DNA of 64,000 bases, taken from assembly GCA_051418015.1 (NCBI GenBank), contig JBPRGF010000033.1, positions 192,001-256,000 on the forward strand, written 5' to 3'. The translations under genes and the position numbers were made by a program. The notes beneath the pieces were generated by a model. That model worked only from the letters and a program-made list of their open reading frames with translations. It was not told where the DNA came from and made no database searches. Below are positions 50,715 through 59,994 of this stretch, piece after piece; the first letter of the stretch is position 1, and every line of letters starts with the position of its first letter. This stretch comes from Candidatus Nitrospinota bacterium M3_3B_026. Lineage in GTDB: Bacteria; Nitrospinota_A; UBA7883; JBPRGF01.

Positions 50715-51320
50715 ATGATCCTGACCAGGAAGCAGAAGCTGATCTACGATTTCATCGTATCCTTCATCGAGGAGAACGGATACGCCCCCAGCATCATGGA
50801 GATAGGGGAGAACTTCGGTCTATCCTCTCCAGCCACCATCCATAAACACCTGGCGAACCTTGAGGCGAAGGGTCTTCTCCGGCGGCGCAGGAACATGAGC
50901 AGAGCCATAGAGATGCTCCCGCGGGAGAAAGGGGAGGCCGCCTCGGCGCCGGTTCCGTTGCTTGGCATGATAGCCGCCGGGGCTCCGATGGAGGTTTTTG
51001 AGAACGAGGAGTGTATCTGCGTTCCGGAGGACATGATAGGCAGGAATAGGACATATGTTCTCAAAGTGCGGGGGGAGTCGATGATCGAGGAGCAGATACG
51101 CGACGGGGACTACGTCATAGTCGACGAGCGCGAACAGGCCGACAACGGGGACACGGTCGTCGCGCTGATAGACAACGAAAGCGTGACGCTCAAGAAATAT
51201 TACCGGGAGAACGGCCACGTCCGTCTGCAGCCTGCGAACTCCTCCATGGAGCCGATCATCCTCCCCGCGGAGCGCGTCGCCGTCCAGGGGGTCGTGATCG
51301 GGCTTTTGCGAAAGTTCTAG
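50715..51320 (+). CDS. lexA: SOS transcriptional repressor LexA
   Basis: LTRKQ, GYAPS..EI, IAAG cleavage site, GESM (Ser), TLKK (Lys). Confidence 0.97.
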   Translation: MILTRKQKLIYDFIVSFIEENGYAPSIMEIGENFGLSSPATIHKHLANLEAKGLLRRRRNMSRAIEMLPREKGEAASAPVPLLGMIAAGAPMEVFENEECICVPEDMIGRNRTYVLKVRGESMIEEQIRDGDYVIVDEREQADNGDTVVALIDNESVTLKKYYRENGHVRLQPANSSMEPIILPAERVAVQGVVIGLLRKF

Positions 51321-51326
51321 CATGTT

Positions 51327-52382
51327 GTGACGGGCAAGACTATGGACACACAAGCGGCGGGATGCCGTTGCGCCGCCTCGGCGCGGGAAAGCGCTCCATG
51401 CTCCCCGGCGCCCGTGAGATGCGCGACCGGCGAAATCAGCCTTTCGGACAGGTGGGTTCACATCAAGGCCAGCCTGGGTATCGACCGGTTCGGCCATCGT
51501 GTTGAGCCCGGCCTTTACGCCTTGGGTTCGCCGTCTGAAAACTCCTCCGTCCTCGTCACGGCCAACTACAAACCAAGTTTCGACGCCCTGCGTTCGGTCA
51601 TTGCCGGCATGGACGCCTGGATCCTTGTCCTCGACACCAAGGGGGTGAACGTCTGGTGCGCGGCGGGGAAGGGGACGTTCGGAACCGATGAGCTTGTAAA
51701 ACGAATCGAGTCAGTGGGTCTGCGCGACTTCGTCTTCCACCGCAGGCTCATCCTCCCGCAGCTTGGCGCTCCCGGCGTCGCCGCCCACGTGGTCAAGAAA
51801 CGCTCCGGGTTCAAGGTCGAATACGGCCCCGTTTTCGCCCGGGACCTGCCGGAGTTTTTGAAGGCAGGAAAGGCCACGGCCAGGATGCGAAGGGTGAGAT
51901 TTCCATTGCGAGACCGCGCGGCCCTGATACCGGTGGAGCTTGTCATCGCCGCTCCGTATGTTCTGGCGGCGGCTTTTTTTCTTTATTTCGCCGGGGGATG
52001 GGTGGCGGCGTCCTCCGCGCTGGCGGCGGCGCTGGCGGGGCTTGTTCTTTTCCCCATGCTGTTGCCGGTTATCCCGTTCAACGATTTTTCCGTCAAGGGT
52101 TTTCTGATCGGGGCGGCGGTGTCAGCGCCTTTCGCCGCGTGGGCCGTCGCGGCTTATGAGGGCACCTTTTACAGGTTCGGCTGGGCGGCTTTTTTCGTCC
52201 TTTTCATAACGTCGGTCGCGGCCTATTTCTCGCTCAACTTTACGGGCTCCACCACCTTCACGTCGCAGACCGGTGTCCAGCGCGAGGTTTTTCGATATTT
52301 TCCGTTGATGTTCTGGATGTTCCTTGTGTCCGCGGCCCTGGCGGTCGCCCTGCCCGCGGCGCGGTTTTTCGGAGCGGTGTGA
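51327..52382 (+). CDS. hgcA: Mercury methylation corrinoid protein HgcA
   Basis: VEPGLY, TANYK.SFD, cap helix GVNVWCAAGKGTFG, LPQLGAPGV, C-terminal TM helices, NFTGSTTFTS..GV.RE. Start GTG 51327 or ATG 51342. Confidence 0.96.
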   Translation: MTGKTMDTQAAGCRCAASARESAPCSPAPVRCATGEISLSDRWVHIKASLGIDRFGHRVEPGLYALGSPSENSSVLVTANYKPSFDALRSVIAGMDAWILVLDTKGVNVWCAAGKGTFGTDELVKRIESVGLRDFVFHRRLILPQLGAPGVAAHVVKKRSGFKVEYGPVFARDLPEFLKAGKATARMRRVRFPLRDRAALIPVELVIAAPYVLAAAFFLYFAGGWVAASSALAAALAGLVLFPMLLPVIPFNDFSVKGFLIGAAVSAPFAAWAVAAYEGTFYRFGWAAFFVLFITSVAAYFSLNFTGSTTFTSQTGVQREVFRYFPLMFWMFLVSAALAVALPAARFFGAV

Positions 52383-52669
52383 TGTTCGATGTCTCCCTTT
52401 CCAACACGCTTGAGTATTACCCGGAAAAATGCGTCAACTGCGGCCTGTGCATAGACGTCTGCCCGCACGAGGTCTTCGAGCCGGGCGAAAATGCCGTCGT
52501 CCTCTCCCGCCCCGAAGCGTGTATGGAGTGCGGCGCGTGCCAGGTGAACTGTCCCACGGATGCCCTGGAGGTTGAAAGCGGCGTTGGGTGCGCCTGGGCG
52601 ATCATGTGGAGCGCGGTGAAAGGGGAGGACGAGCCCTCCTGCGGCTGCGGGCCGGCCGCCTGCTGTTGA
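52379..52669 (+). CDS. hgcB: Mercury methylation ferredoxin HgcB
   Basis: CVNCGLCIDVCP, CMECGACQVNCP, SGVGCA, terminal CC. Overlaps the hgcA stop. Confidence 0.96.
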   Translation: MMFDVSLSNTLEYYPEKCVNCGLCIDVCPHEVFEPGENAVVLSRPEACMECGACQVNCPTDALEVESGVGCAWAIMWSAVKGEDEPSCGCGPAACC

Positions 52670-52688
52670 CGCGGCGCGGTCTTTTTTT

Positions 52689-53384
52689 TCAGCGCTTCTT
52701 CTCTTCGGCCAGCTTCAAAAGCGCCTCGGCCATCTTCAGGTCATCGGGCGTGGTGATCTTGATGTTCGTCTCCTCCCCCTCGACCACGCGAACCAGAGCG
52801 CCCAGCCGCTCCACCAGCGACGACTCGTCCGTCGCCATGAACCCGTCCCGCTCGGCGCTCGTAAGCCCCTGCCGCAGCGCCTCCCTCTGGAAACACTGCG
52901 GCGTCTGCGCCCGGGCGATATCGTCTCGGGAGAGCGATCCTATGATCGCCCCGCCGTCGATCCTCTTCAGGGTGTCCTTCACCCGTATCGCCGCCACCGC
53001 CGCGCCGTACCGCGCCGCCGCCACGATGGTGTCCTCGATCAGCCTCGCCGTGACGAAGGGACGCACCCCGTCGTGGACGAGGACAAGGTTCGCCTCGTCC
53101 GGCAGGCTGTAAAAACCGTTGGAGACAGACTCCTGCCTGGTGATCCCCCCGTCGACGATCTTTACGACCTTTTTGATATGCCCGTCCCTGACTATCTTCC
53201 CGCAGGCCTCCCTCTCGTCGGCCGGGGCGGCGAGGATGATCCCCTCCACCATGGGTGAGGACGCCAGCCGCCTCAAGGTGTGGGCCAGGATCGGCTCGCC
53301 CCCTATGGTGAAAAACTGCTTCTTCTTGTCCGTTCCCATGCGGGCGCCGAAACCGGCGGCGGGGACGATGGCGTAAGTTCTCAA
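52689..53384 (-). CDS. ispD: 2-C-methyl-D-erythritol 4-phosphate cytidylyltransferase
   Basis: PAAGFGARMG..KKQF, RQESV, VLVHDGVRPF, AQTPQ, NIKITTPDD. Confidence 0.97.
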   Translation of the reverse strand: MRTYAIVPAAGFGARMGTDKKKQFFTIGGEPILAHTLRRLASSPMVEGIILAAPADEREACGKIVRDGHIKKVVKIVDGGITRQESVSNGFYSLPDEANLVLVHDGVRPFVTARLIEDTIVAAARYGAAVAAIRVKDTLKRIDGGAIIGSLSRDDIARAQTPQCFQREALRQGLTSAERDGFMATDESSLVERLGALVRVVEGEETNIKITTPDDLKMAEALLKLAEEKKR

Positions 53385-53402
53385 TCCACTCTCCTGTATC
53401 GG

Positions 53403-56372
53403 TCAGAAACGAGGTTTACGCTTGACGGCGGGCCGCGGCCTGGCGGCCTTCTCGATGATCCGCTCCAGGTCCCACTCAAGCGGCAGGCGGGCGGACTCGC
53501 CTTTTTTAAGCTTGTATACTAGATGCTGGTTTTCCAGCCCGTACTCGAATATCTCCTTCGTGATCTTCACGTCCGCCTCGCAGTACTCGGCGAGCAGGCC
53601 GCGCTTACCCTCCTTCCACCATCGCAGAGCCGCCAGGCCGTCGGCGGTCTTCCCGGCGTTGAGCGTCCCCCGGGCGAGGTTGTCGAGGCTCAAGCGGTGG
53701 CCAAGCCTGTTCCATATGTCCAGCAGGATGTCGAACGATTTTATCTCGGCGGCGAGGTCCCGCTCGGTGTAGCCTGAGAGGACGGCGTAGTCGAACCTCA
53801 CCTGGTTGAACCCCACCACGAGGTCGGCGGCCAGAAGCTCGTCTATCAGCGTCGGGACGTCCTCCTCCCAATAGTGGATGTACTTTTTCTCCCGCGAGTC
53901 GTAGACCACGCCCACGGACATTCGCATCAGGTCCGCCCTGTCCCAGCCCCCCACCTCGTTCGCGCCGAGTTGCGTCTCCAGGTCGAAGAAGACGATTTTG
54001 CGGTCCGGCGCGGGGTCGTAATACTCCACGAGGCGCGGCTCCGGCGCCTCCTCTTCCCGCGCCGTCTCCACGGGCGGGATGACGCGCGGCCTTGGAGCCT
54101 CCGCCCTGGGTCCGCGCCGCTCCCTTTTACCGAGGACGATCATCATCAGCATCACCGCGGCCGCCTTGTCGAGAGGTTTGTTTCCGGAGCCGCACTTGGG
54201 CGAGTGGACGCACGACGGGCAGCCCTCATCGCACTCGCAGCCGGCGACAAGCTCCAGCGCCGTCTCCCAGAGATCTTCAACTTTTTCGTACCCCGCCTCG
54301 CAGAGCCCCACGCCGCCGGGGTAGCCGTCGTAAAAGAAGACGGCGGACTTGTCGAGGCCGGGGTAGTGAGGGTAGGATATCCCGCCGATGTCGTCCCTGT
54401 CGCACAGGGCGAAGAGGGGGAAGAGGGATATCGAGGCGTGCTCGAAAGCATGGATGCCGCCCATGTATTTCAACCCCCGGGTCTCTATCTCAAGCCTCGT
54501 ATCGTCGTCTATCTCGATCCAGAAGCCGACCGTCTCGAACTCTGTCCTGGGCATGTCAAGATCGAAGACGCCGAGGGTCTCCTGGCCGAATATGGAGCGC
54601 CGCTCGTAGCCTGTGACCTGCTCCGTCACCTTCAGCCTGCCGAGCTTGACGGGGAAGCCGTTCACCTTCTTTTCGGTGATGACGCCGAGGATCTCCGTCT
54701 CCTTTTCAGTCCGGGGGCGGGTGTAGTATCGCTCCTCCATCTGCTCGACGTGGACGGCCCTTTTTTCAAGGTCGAGTCTTTTTACGATGTACTGCCTGCC
54801 CATGTGCATGTAGACCGCCCCCTCGTGCCCCTCGGTATAGACCCGCGATCCTGAAAGGCTGCCGATCACTTTTTTTCCGCCTTCGGTGAAGATCGTGAAG
54901 CCCTCCCCGGCGGAGCGGATGTCCACGTTTCTATGAGGATACTTGCGCGGGCAGACCCAGCGCTTCTCCTCCAGTGTGAAGATGATATCGCGGGAGCGCT
55001 CAAGCTCGTCCATCATCGGCTTGATCCTTTCCGGCCGGAAACTTTCGTCGTCCATCTCAAGCGGCAGCTCCGCGGCGGCCAGCGGCAGGTGGGCTTTCAG
55101 TATGTTCTCGTTGCCCGGGTCGATGATGGCGGCCTCGTATCCACGGGTGAAGAAATCCTCCGGGTTCCTGATGAAATGCTGGTCCAGCGCGTCCGGCAGG
55201 GCGACCATGATGATGGCGAACTCCCTTTCGCCGCGCCCCACACGGCCGCCGCGCTGCCAGGTATTTATGACCGTGCCGGGGTAGCCGACCAGGACGCATA
55301 CGTCCAGCCCGCCGATGTCCACTCCCATCTCAAGAGCCGATGTGGATATCACCCCGTCGAGCTTGCCGGAGAATAGGGCGCTCTCTATCTTCCGCCTTTC
55401 CCCGGGGAGGAACCCGGCCCTGTAGGCGCTGAGCTTTTCCGCGAGGTCCGGCTCGGCCTGGATCGTCCAGGTGTAGATAAGCTCCGTTATCTTGCGCGCC
55501 TTGGTGAAGGCTATCGTTTTCAGCCCCGCCTTCATCGCCGCGCGGATGATCTTCGAGGATTCCGTGTAGGGGCTGCCTTCGGTGTTGTAGAAAACAAAAT
55601 GGCCGCCCGGGCGCGGCGCGCCGGATTCCTCCACGACGGTAAAGGGCCTGCCCATCAGCTTCCCGGCGAACTTGCCGGGGTTGCTTATCGTCGCCGAGCA
55701 AGAAATGAAGACAGGGTCCGCGCCGTACCGTTTCGCTATTCTTGCCAGGCGGCGGAAGACCTGCGCCACGTGGGAGCCGAAGACGCCCCTGTAGGTGTGC
55801 GTCTCGTCGACCACTACGTACTTGAGCTTGCTTAAAAACTCCTCCCACTTGGCGTGGTAGGGGAGGATGGAAAGATGCAACATGTCCGGGTTGGTGAAGA
55901 TCACGCGCGGGCCGCTGGCCAGGATCTTGCGCCGGACGTGGGGGCTGGTGTCGCCGTCGAAGACCTCCGCGCGGAGGTTGAAGGCGACGTCGTCCTTCAT
56001 CTCGTTGAAGTTTTTGAGTTGGTCGCGGGCGAGGGCTTTTAGCGGGAAGATGTAAAGCGCCGTCGCCTCCGGGTCGGCCAGCATGGCGTCGAGGGTGGGG
56101 ATGGTGTAGCAGAGCGTCTTGCCGGACGCCGTGGGCGTCGCCACGATGACGTTCTCGCCGCGCATCGCCGCCTCGACGGCCTCGGCCTGGTGGGAGTAGA
56201 GTTTTTCGAGGCCGCGCTTCTCAAGGCTTTCGGCTATGGTTGGATGAACGCCGGGGGGGATCGGCGCGAGTTTCGCCTCTTTGGCTTCGAGCCGGTGGTG
56301 GTGGACAACGTTCGCGCCAAGGTCGCGGCGTTTTTTGATCTCGTCGATGAAGACGGAGACTTCGACTGCCAC
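53403..56372 (-). CDS. DEAH-box helicase with DUF1998 fused to RNase H-like exonuclease (MrfA-MrfB / YprA-YprB-like)
   Basis: TPTASGKT, DETH, SATI, GVDIG, QRGGRVGR, CDRDD..CECDEGCPSC; C-terminal FFDLET, GFN..FD, YCEADV. Confidence 0.92.
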   Translation of the reverse strand: MAVEVSVFIDEIKKRRDLGANVVHHHRLEAKEAKLAPIPPGVHPTIAESLEKRGLEKLYSHQAEAVEAAMRGENVIVATPTASGKTLCYTIPTLDAMLADPEATALYIFPLKALARDQLKNFNEMKDDVAFNLRAEVFDGDTSPHVRRKILASGPRVIFTNPDMLHLSILPYHAKWEEFLSKLKYVVVDETHTYRGVFGSHVAQVFRRLARIAKRYGADPVFISCSATISNPGKFAGKLMGRPFTVVEESGAPRPGGHFVFYNTEGSPYTESSKIIRAAMKAGLKTIAFTKARKITELIYTWTIQAEPDLAEKLSAYRAGFLPGERRKIESALFSGKLDGVISTSALEMGVDIGGLDVCVLVGYPGTVINTWQRGGRVGRGEREFAIIMVALPDALDQHFIRNPEDFFTRGYEAAIIDPGNENILKAHLPLAAAELPLEMDDESFRPERIKPMMDELERSRDIIFTLEEKRWVCPRKYPHRNVDIRSAGEGFTIFTEGGKKVIGSLSGSRVYTEGHEGAVYMHMGRQYIVKRLDLEKRAVHVEQMEERYYTRPRTEKETEILGVITEKKVNGFPVKLGRLKVTEQVTGYERRSIFGQETLGVFDLDMPRTEFETVGFWIEIDDDTRLEIETRGLKYMGGIHAFEHASISLFPLFALCDRDDIGGISYPHYPGLDKSAVFFYDGYPGGVGLCEAGYEKVEDLWETALELVAGCECDEGCPSCVHSPKCGSGNKPLDKAAAVMLMMIVLGKRERRGPRAEAPRPRVIPPVETAREEEAPEPRLVEYYDPAPDRKIVFFDLETQLGANEVGGWDRADLMRMSVGVVYDSREKKYIHYWEEDVPTLIDELLAADLVVGFNQVRFDYAVLSGYTERDLAAEIKSFDILLDIWNRLGHRLSLDNLARGTLNAGKTADGLAALRWWKEGKRGLLAEYCEADVKITKEIFEYGLENQHLVYKLKKGESARLPLEWDLERIIEKAARPRPAVKRKPRF

Positions 56373-56375
56373 GGT

Positions 56376-57443
56376 TTACAGCCGGGAGAGGCGGTTTCGC
56401 AGGTAATGATCGGCCAGGGTTACAAGCGTCATCGCCTCGGCCACCGGGACGGCGCGGGGGACGACGCACGGGTCGTGCCGCCCCTCGACGCTGACCGTCG
56501 CCTCGTTCCCGTCGGCGTCCACCGTCCGCTGCTTTTTCAGGATCGACGGCGTGGGCTTGACGGCTATCCGCGCCACGATCTCGTTCCCGTTGGATATGCC
56601 GCCGTCTATACCTCCGCTGTTGTTCGTCTCGAAGACTATCCGGCCGTCCTTCATTCTCATCCGGTCGTTGTTCTGGGAGCCTTTCAGCGATGCCGAGGCG
56701 AACCCGGCGCCGACCTCCACCCCCTTGACGGCGTTGATGGACATGAGCGCGCGGGCCAGATCGGCGTTGAGCTTGCCGTAGACCGGCTCGCCCAAACCCG
56801 CCGGGACGCCGATGGCGCGGACCTCTATGACGCCGCCGACGGAGTCCCCTTCCTTGCGGACGGTTTTTATTCTTTCCACCATTTGCGCCGCCGCCTCGGT
56901 GTCGGCGCAGCGGATTTCGTTTTCGGCGATGACGGCGCGGTCGAACTTTTCGGCGATGATGTCGTGGACCTGGACCGTGTGGGCGAAGACGTCTATCCCG
57001 TCACGGGCGAGCAGCGCTCGGGCGACGGCCCCGGCGGCGACGCGGCAGGCGGTCTCCCTCGCCGAGGAGCGGCCGCCGCCGCGATGGTCGCGATGGCCGT
57101 ACTTCATCGTCCAGGTGTAGTCGGCGTGGCCGGGGCGGTAGACGTTTCTGATCTTGTCGTAGGCGGCGGAGTTTTTGTCCTTGTTCTGTATCTCAATGTG
57201 TATCGGCGCGCCGGTCGACCGTCCCTCGAAGACGCCGGAGAGAATCTTCGCGGCGTCCGGCTCCCTGCGCTTCGTGCTCACGGAGCTTTGGCCGGGGCGG
57301 CGGCGGTCGAGGTCTTTTTGAATGATCTCTTCGGACAGCTCAAGCCCCGCCGGGCAGCCGTCTATGACCACGCCGATCGCCGGGCCGTGGGACTCGCCCC
57401 AGGTTGTTATCCTGAACATCGCTCCGAAGCTGTTTTCCGCCAT
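56376..57443 (-). CDS. aroC: Chorismate synthase
   Basis: GESHG, RRRPGQ, RPGHAD, RSSARET, KPTPSI, GRHDPC. Confidence 0.98.
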   Translation of the reverse strand: MAENSFGAMFRITTWGESHGPAIGVVIDGCPAGLELSEEIIQKDLDRRRPGQSSVSTKRREPDAAKILSGVFEGRSTGAPIHIEIQNKDKNSAAYDKIRNVYRPGHADYTWTMKYGHRDHRGGGRSSARETACRVAAGAVARALLARDGIDVFAHTVQVHDIIAEKFDRAVIAENEIRCADTEAAAQMVERIKTVRKEGDSVGGVIEVRAIGVPAGLGEPVYGKLNADLARALMSINAVKGVEVGAGFASASLKGSQNNDRMRMKDGRIVFETNNSGGIDGGISNGNEIVARIAVKPTPSILKKQRTVDADGNEATVSVEGRHDPCVVPRAVPVAEAMTLVTLADHYLRNRLSRL

Positions 57444-57484
57444 GATGATTAACTGTCGTTGTCTTTGTTAAAGATTCGGTTTTC

Positions 57485-57579
57485 CTCATCCTCCCCCTTG
57501 ACGGGGGAGGATCGAGGTGGGGGTGTTAAAAAAATCTTTATTCACCCTCCCCCCGCTCCCTCCCGTCAAGGGAGGGGAA
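57485..57579. repeat. Family A REP-like repeat
   Basis: CTCATCCTCCCCCTTGACGGGGGAGGAT-CGAGGTGGGGGTG-AT spacer-CACCCTCCCCC-GC-TCCCTCCCGTCAAGGGAGGGGAA. Confidence 0.85.
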
Positions 57580-57955
57580 CGGTGGATTTGTTCTGCTCAA
57601 CTTTCTGTGTTTGCTCCGTGTTTTTAGATTCGCAACTGTTATGCAAAGCAATAAACGAGACAATAAGCGCGCCAACCGCGATAATATTACTCACCCTAGC
57701 GTGATTTGCCGATCTATCAGCGGCATCCGCGGCTTTCTGATTAATTGATATTTCACGCTCTTTTATTTTGTCTTCAAGTTGTTGCCGCTCTTCATTCTCT
57801 TTTTTTCTCTTTCGTTCTAGCCATTTTTTGGCAAGAGGTTCGTGCGGCGGTCCGCCGTAAACACGGTTAGCCAGCTTTCGGTGTACCGTTTCTACACCAT
57901 CTTTCTCTAACTCGGAGTAAAACTCTTCTATCTCGTCGTTTGATAGTATTGACAT
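57566..57955 (-). CDS. AT-rich hypothetical protein with one C-terminal TM helix
   Basis: 129 aa ORF whose ATG directly follows the aroK stop. Charged helix then IIAVGALIVSFIAL. Confidence 0.65.
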   Translation of the reverse strand: MSILSNDEIEEFYSELEKDGVETVHRKLANRVYGGPPHEPLAKKWLERKRKKENEERQQLEDKIKEREISINQKAADAADRSANHARVSNIIAVGALIVSFIALHNSCESKNTEQTQKVEQNKSTVPLP

Positions 57956-58495
57956 TCAACAATTAGCGTTTCTAGATATCAGCTTCACTATCTCCTCCGC
58001 CGCGTCCTCGGGCCGTCTGTCCGTGTTGTCGACGGCGATATCGGCGTATTTTTCATACATCGCCGCGCGCTCCCTGAAAACTTTTCTGAAGGATCCTTCC
58101 GGGTCGTTCTCATCAAGAAAAGCCGGGAGGCCGCCTTTCATGATTCTCTCAAAAAGTCTCCGCTCATCCACCTTTATATGAATGAAGACCGCGTTCTCCG
58201 TCTTCTCTATCCCGCCGCCCATCAGTGTCCCGCCGCCGAGGGATATCACGGCGCCACGCTCCTTAAGGGCGATCCGCGCCGCCTCGTCCTCAAGCTCCCT
58301 GAAACGCTCGCGGCCAAGCGATTTGAAAATCTCGCGAAAGTTTTTGACCTCGCCGGTTCTCTCTTCATGCAACCGTTCGATTATATCGTCCGTGTCGATA
58401 AACTTCCGGCCCAGCTTCTCCGCCAGCGCCGCGCCGACGGTGGACTTGCCGCATCCCTTGAAGCCTATGACGATTACGGGGCCGGAGGTTTTCAT
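57956..58495 (-). CDS. aroK: Shikimate kinase
   Basis: GFKGCGKSTVG, FIDTD, FRELE, ISLGGG, R..MY. Confidence 0.93.
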   Translation of the reverse strand: MKTSGPVIVIGFKGCGKSTVGAALAEKLGRKFIDTDDIIERLHEERTGEVKNFREIFKSLGRERFRELEDEAARIALKERGAVISLGGGTLMGGGIEKTENAVFIHIKVDERRLFERIMKGGLPAFLDENDPEGSFRKVFRERAAMYEKYADIAVDNTDRRPEDAAEEIVKLISRNANC

Positions 58496-58517
58496 TCAAA
58501 TCAGGGGCGAATATGGG

Positions 58518-59990
58518 TCAGATTTTAATCAGCCCGCCTTGATAATTGTAGCACTTATAAAACTCGAATTCGCGGATCAGCAGCCCGCCGCGCTCTATTT
58601 TTATACTCCCCGCGGGCTCCACCCGGTCGAAATACTCCCCGAGCCGCTCAACGATCGCCCGTCCCTTCTCCGTGACGTAAAGGGCGCCCTTGCCCGGCAG
58701 GTGATCCACGGCGCCAAGGTAGCTGAAGCGGCCTTCGCCATCCGTTATGTAAGCGTCCGGCCTGTCGGGGGTATAGTAGCGCAGCAGGCTCATTATCTGG
58801 TACCGGTTTGATATTATGAAGGCGCCCTCGCCAAGGTCTTTCAGCCTCGCCGCCGACTCCTGCCCCAGCAGCTTCCAGCCGTATATTCTCCTGCTTACCT
58901 CGTGTTTTTGAGGCATCGGCAGGACCGGCTCCACTATCTGTACGTGAGCGTAGACCACGAGCCCGGCGCATAGCGCTATCGCCGCCGTGTAGCTTAAGGA
59001 GAGCGCTTTAAGGGCTCCTCCGTGGGGTCTTTCTCTGTAATAGGCGGCGGCGCCGGGGACGGCTATTATAGCGGCGATGTAGGCCGGGGCGGGCCAGTTG
59101 CCTTCCATGTGGGTTCGCATGCTGTTCACCAGGAAGAAAAGCAGGATCGGCGCGGACATGAATGAAAGGTAGAGGTAATCGTCCCGTCTCTCCCTTATCC
59201 CCATCCGCCCGGCGGCGAACGCGGCGGCGATAATGAAGAAAAAGAGAAGACCCCCGGCAAGCCCCGCCTGGCCCGCCCAGAACTCGGCGAATCCGGCCAG
59301 CCCGCCACCTCCCTCCTCAAAGCCGTGGGCGAGCTGGAACCTGAAGGAGACCCAGTCATGGCCGTGATTCCAGAAAATGACCGGGGAGAAGACAAGGAGG
59401 GACAAAGCGAAGGCCAGATACGGCTCCCTTCTGAAAAGCCAGTGCCTGTTCTCCGGCGAGAAGACGAGGAACAGCAGGAAAGCCGGGGCGAACAGCGCGG
59501 CGTTGTACTTGGACAGCATGGCAAGGCCGAAGGAGGCGCCAAGGGCGTACCACCATCCCGGCCGCTGCGTCTCCACTATCCTGTATCCGAAATAAAGCGA
59601 CAGAGCCCAGAAAAGGCATAAAGGAATATCCGGGGTGATGAAAAGACCTCCCACGCTGAACAGGGGAATGATGTTCATGAGAGCCGCCGCGGCCAGGCCG
59701 GTTCTCTCATCGTCGAAGACCTCCGAGCAGACAGTGTAGACGATCCACGTGATGGCCGAAAGCGCCATCACCGCCGACAGCCGGACCAGCCGCTCGGAAT
59801 CCTCCAGGAAATTCGTCGCGGCGATCATGTACGCTACCATGGGCGGATGGTCGTAGTAGCTTAAGGATGGATGGAGCGACCAGAGCCAGTAGTAGGCCTC
59901 GTCCAGGGAAAGCTCGAACCAGCCTGTATAGACAACCCGGAAGAGGGTGAGAAAAACGACGAGGGAGAAAAATGCCGCCCGCGCGCTCAA
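58518..59990 (-). CDS. ArnT/PMT-like glycosyltransferase family 39 membrane protein
   Basis: DEAYYW, YYDHPPMV, TPD.PL, LSKY, WN..HDW.SF.FQ. Many TM helices. Confidence 0.9.
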   Translation of the reverse strand: MSARAAFFSLVVFLTLFRVVYTGWFELSLDEAYYWLWSLHPSLSYYDHPPMVAYMIAATNFLEDSERLVRLSAVMALSAITWIVYTVCSEVFDDERTGLAAAALMNIIPLFSVGGLFITPDIPLCLFWALSLYFGYRIVETQRPGWWYALGASFGLAMLSKYNAALFAPAFLLFLVFSPENRHWLFRREPYLAFALSLLVFSPVIFWNHGHDWVSFRFQLAHGFEEGGGGLAGFAEFWAGQAGLAGGLLFFFIIAAAFAAGRMGIRERRDDYLYLSFMSAPILLFFLVNSMRTHMEGNWPAPAYIAAIIAVPGAAAYYRERPHGGALKALSLSYTAAIALCAGLVVYAHVQIVEPVLPMPQKHEVSRRIYGWKLLGQESAARLKDLGEGAFIISNRYQIMSLLRYYTPDRPDAYITDGEGRFSYLGAVDHLPGKGALYVTEKGRAIVERLGEYFDRVEPAGSIKIERGGLLIREFEFYKCYNYQGGLIKI

Positions 59991-59994
59991 GGCC

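Noticed and set aside
51322..51330. ATG-TTG-TGA right after lexA as a selenocysteine start for HgcA
   Set aside because: The TGA is not in the hgcA reading frame.
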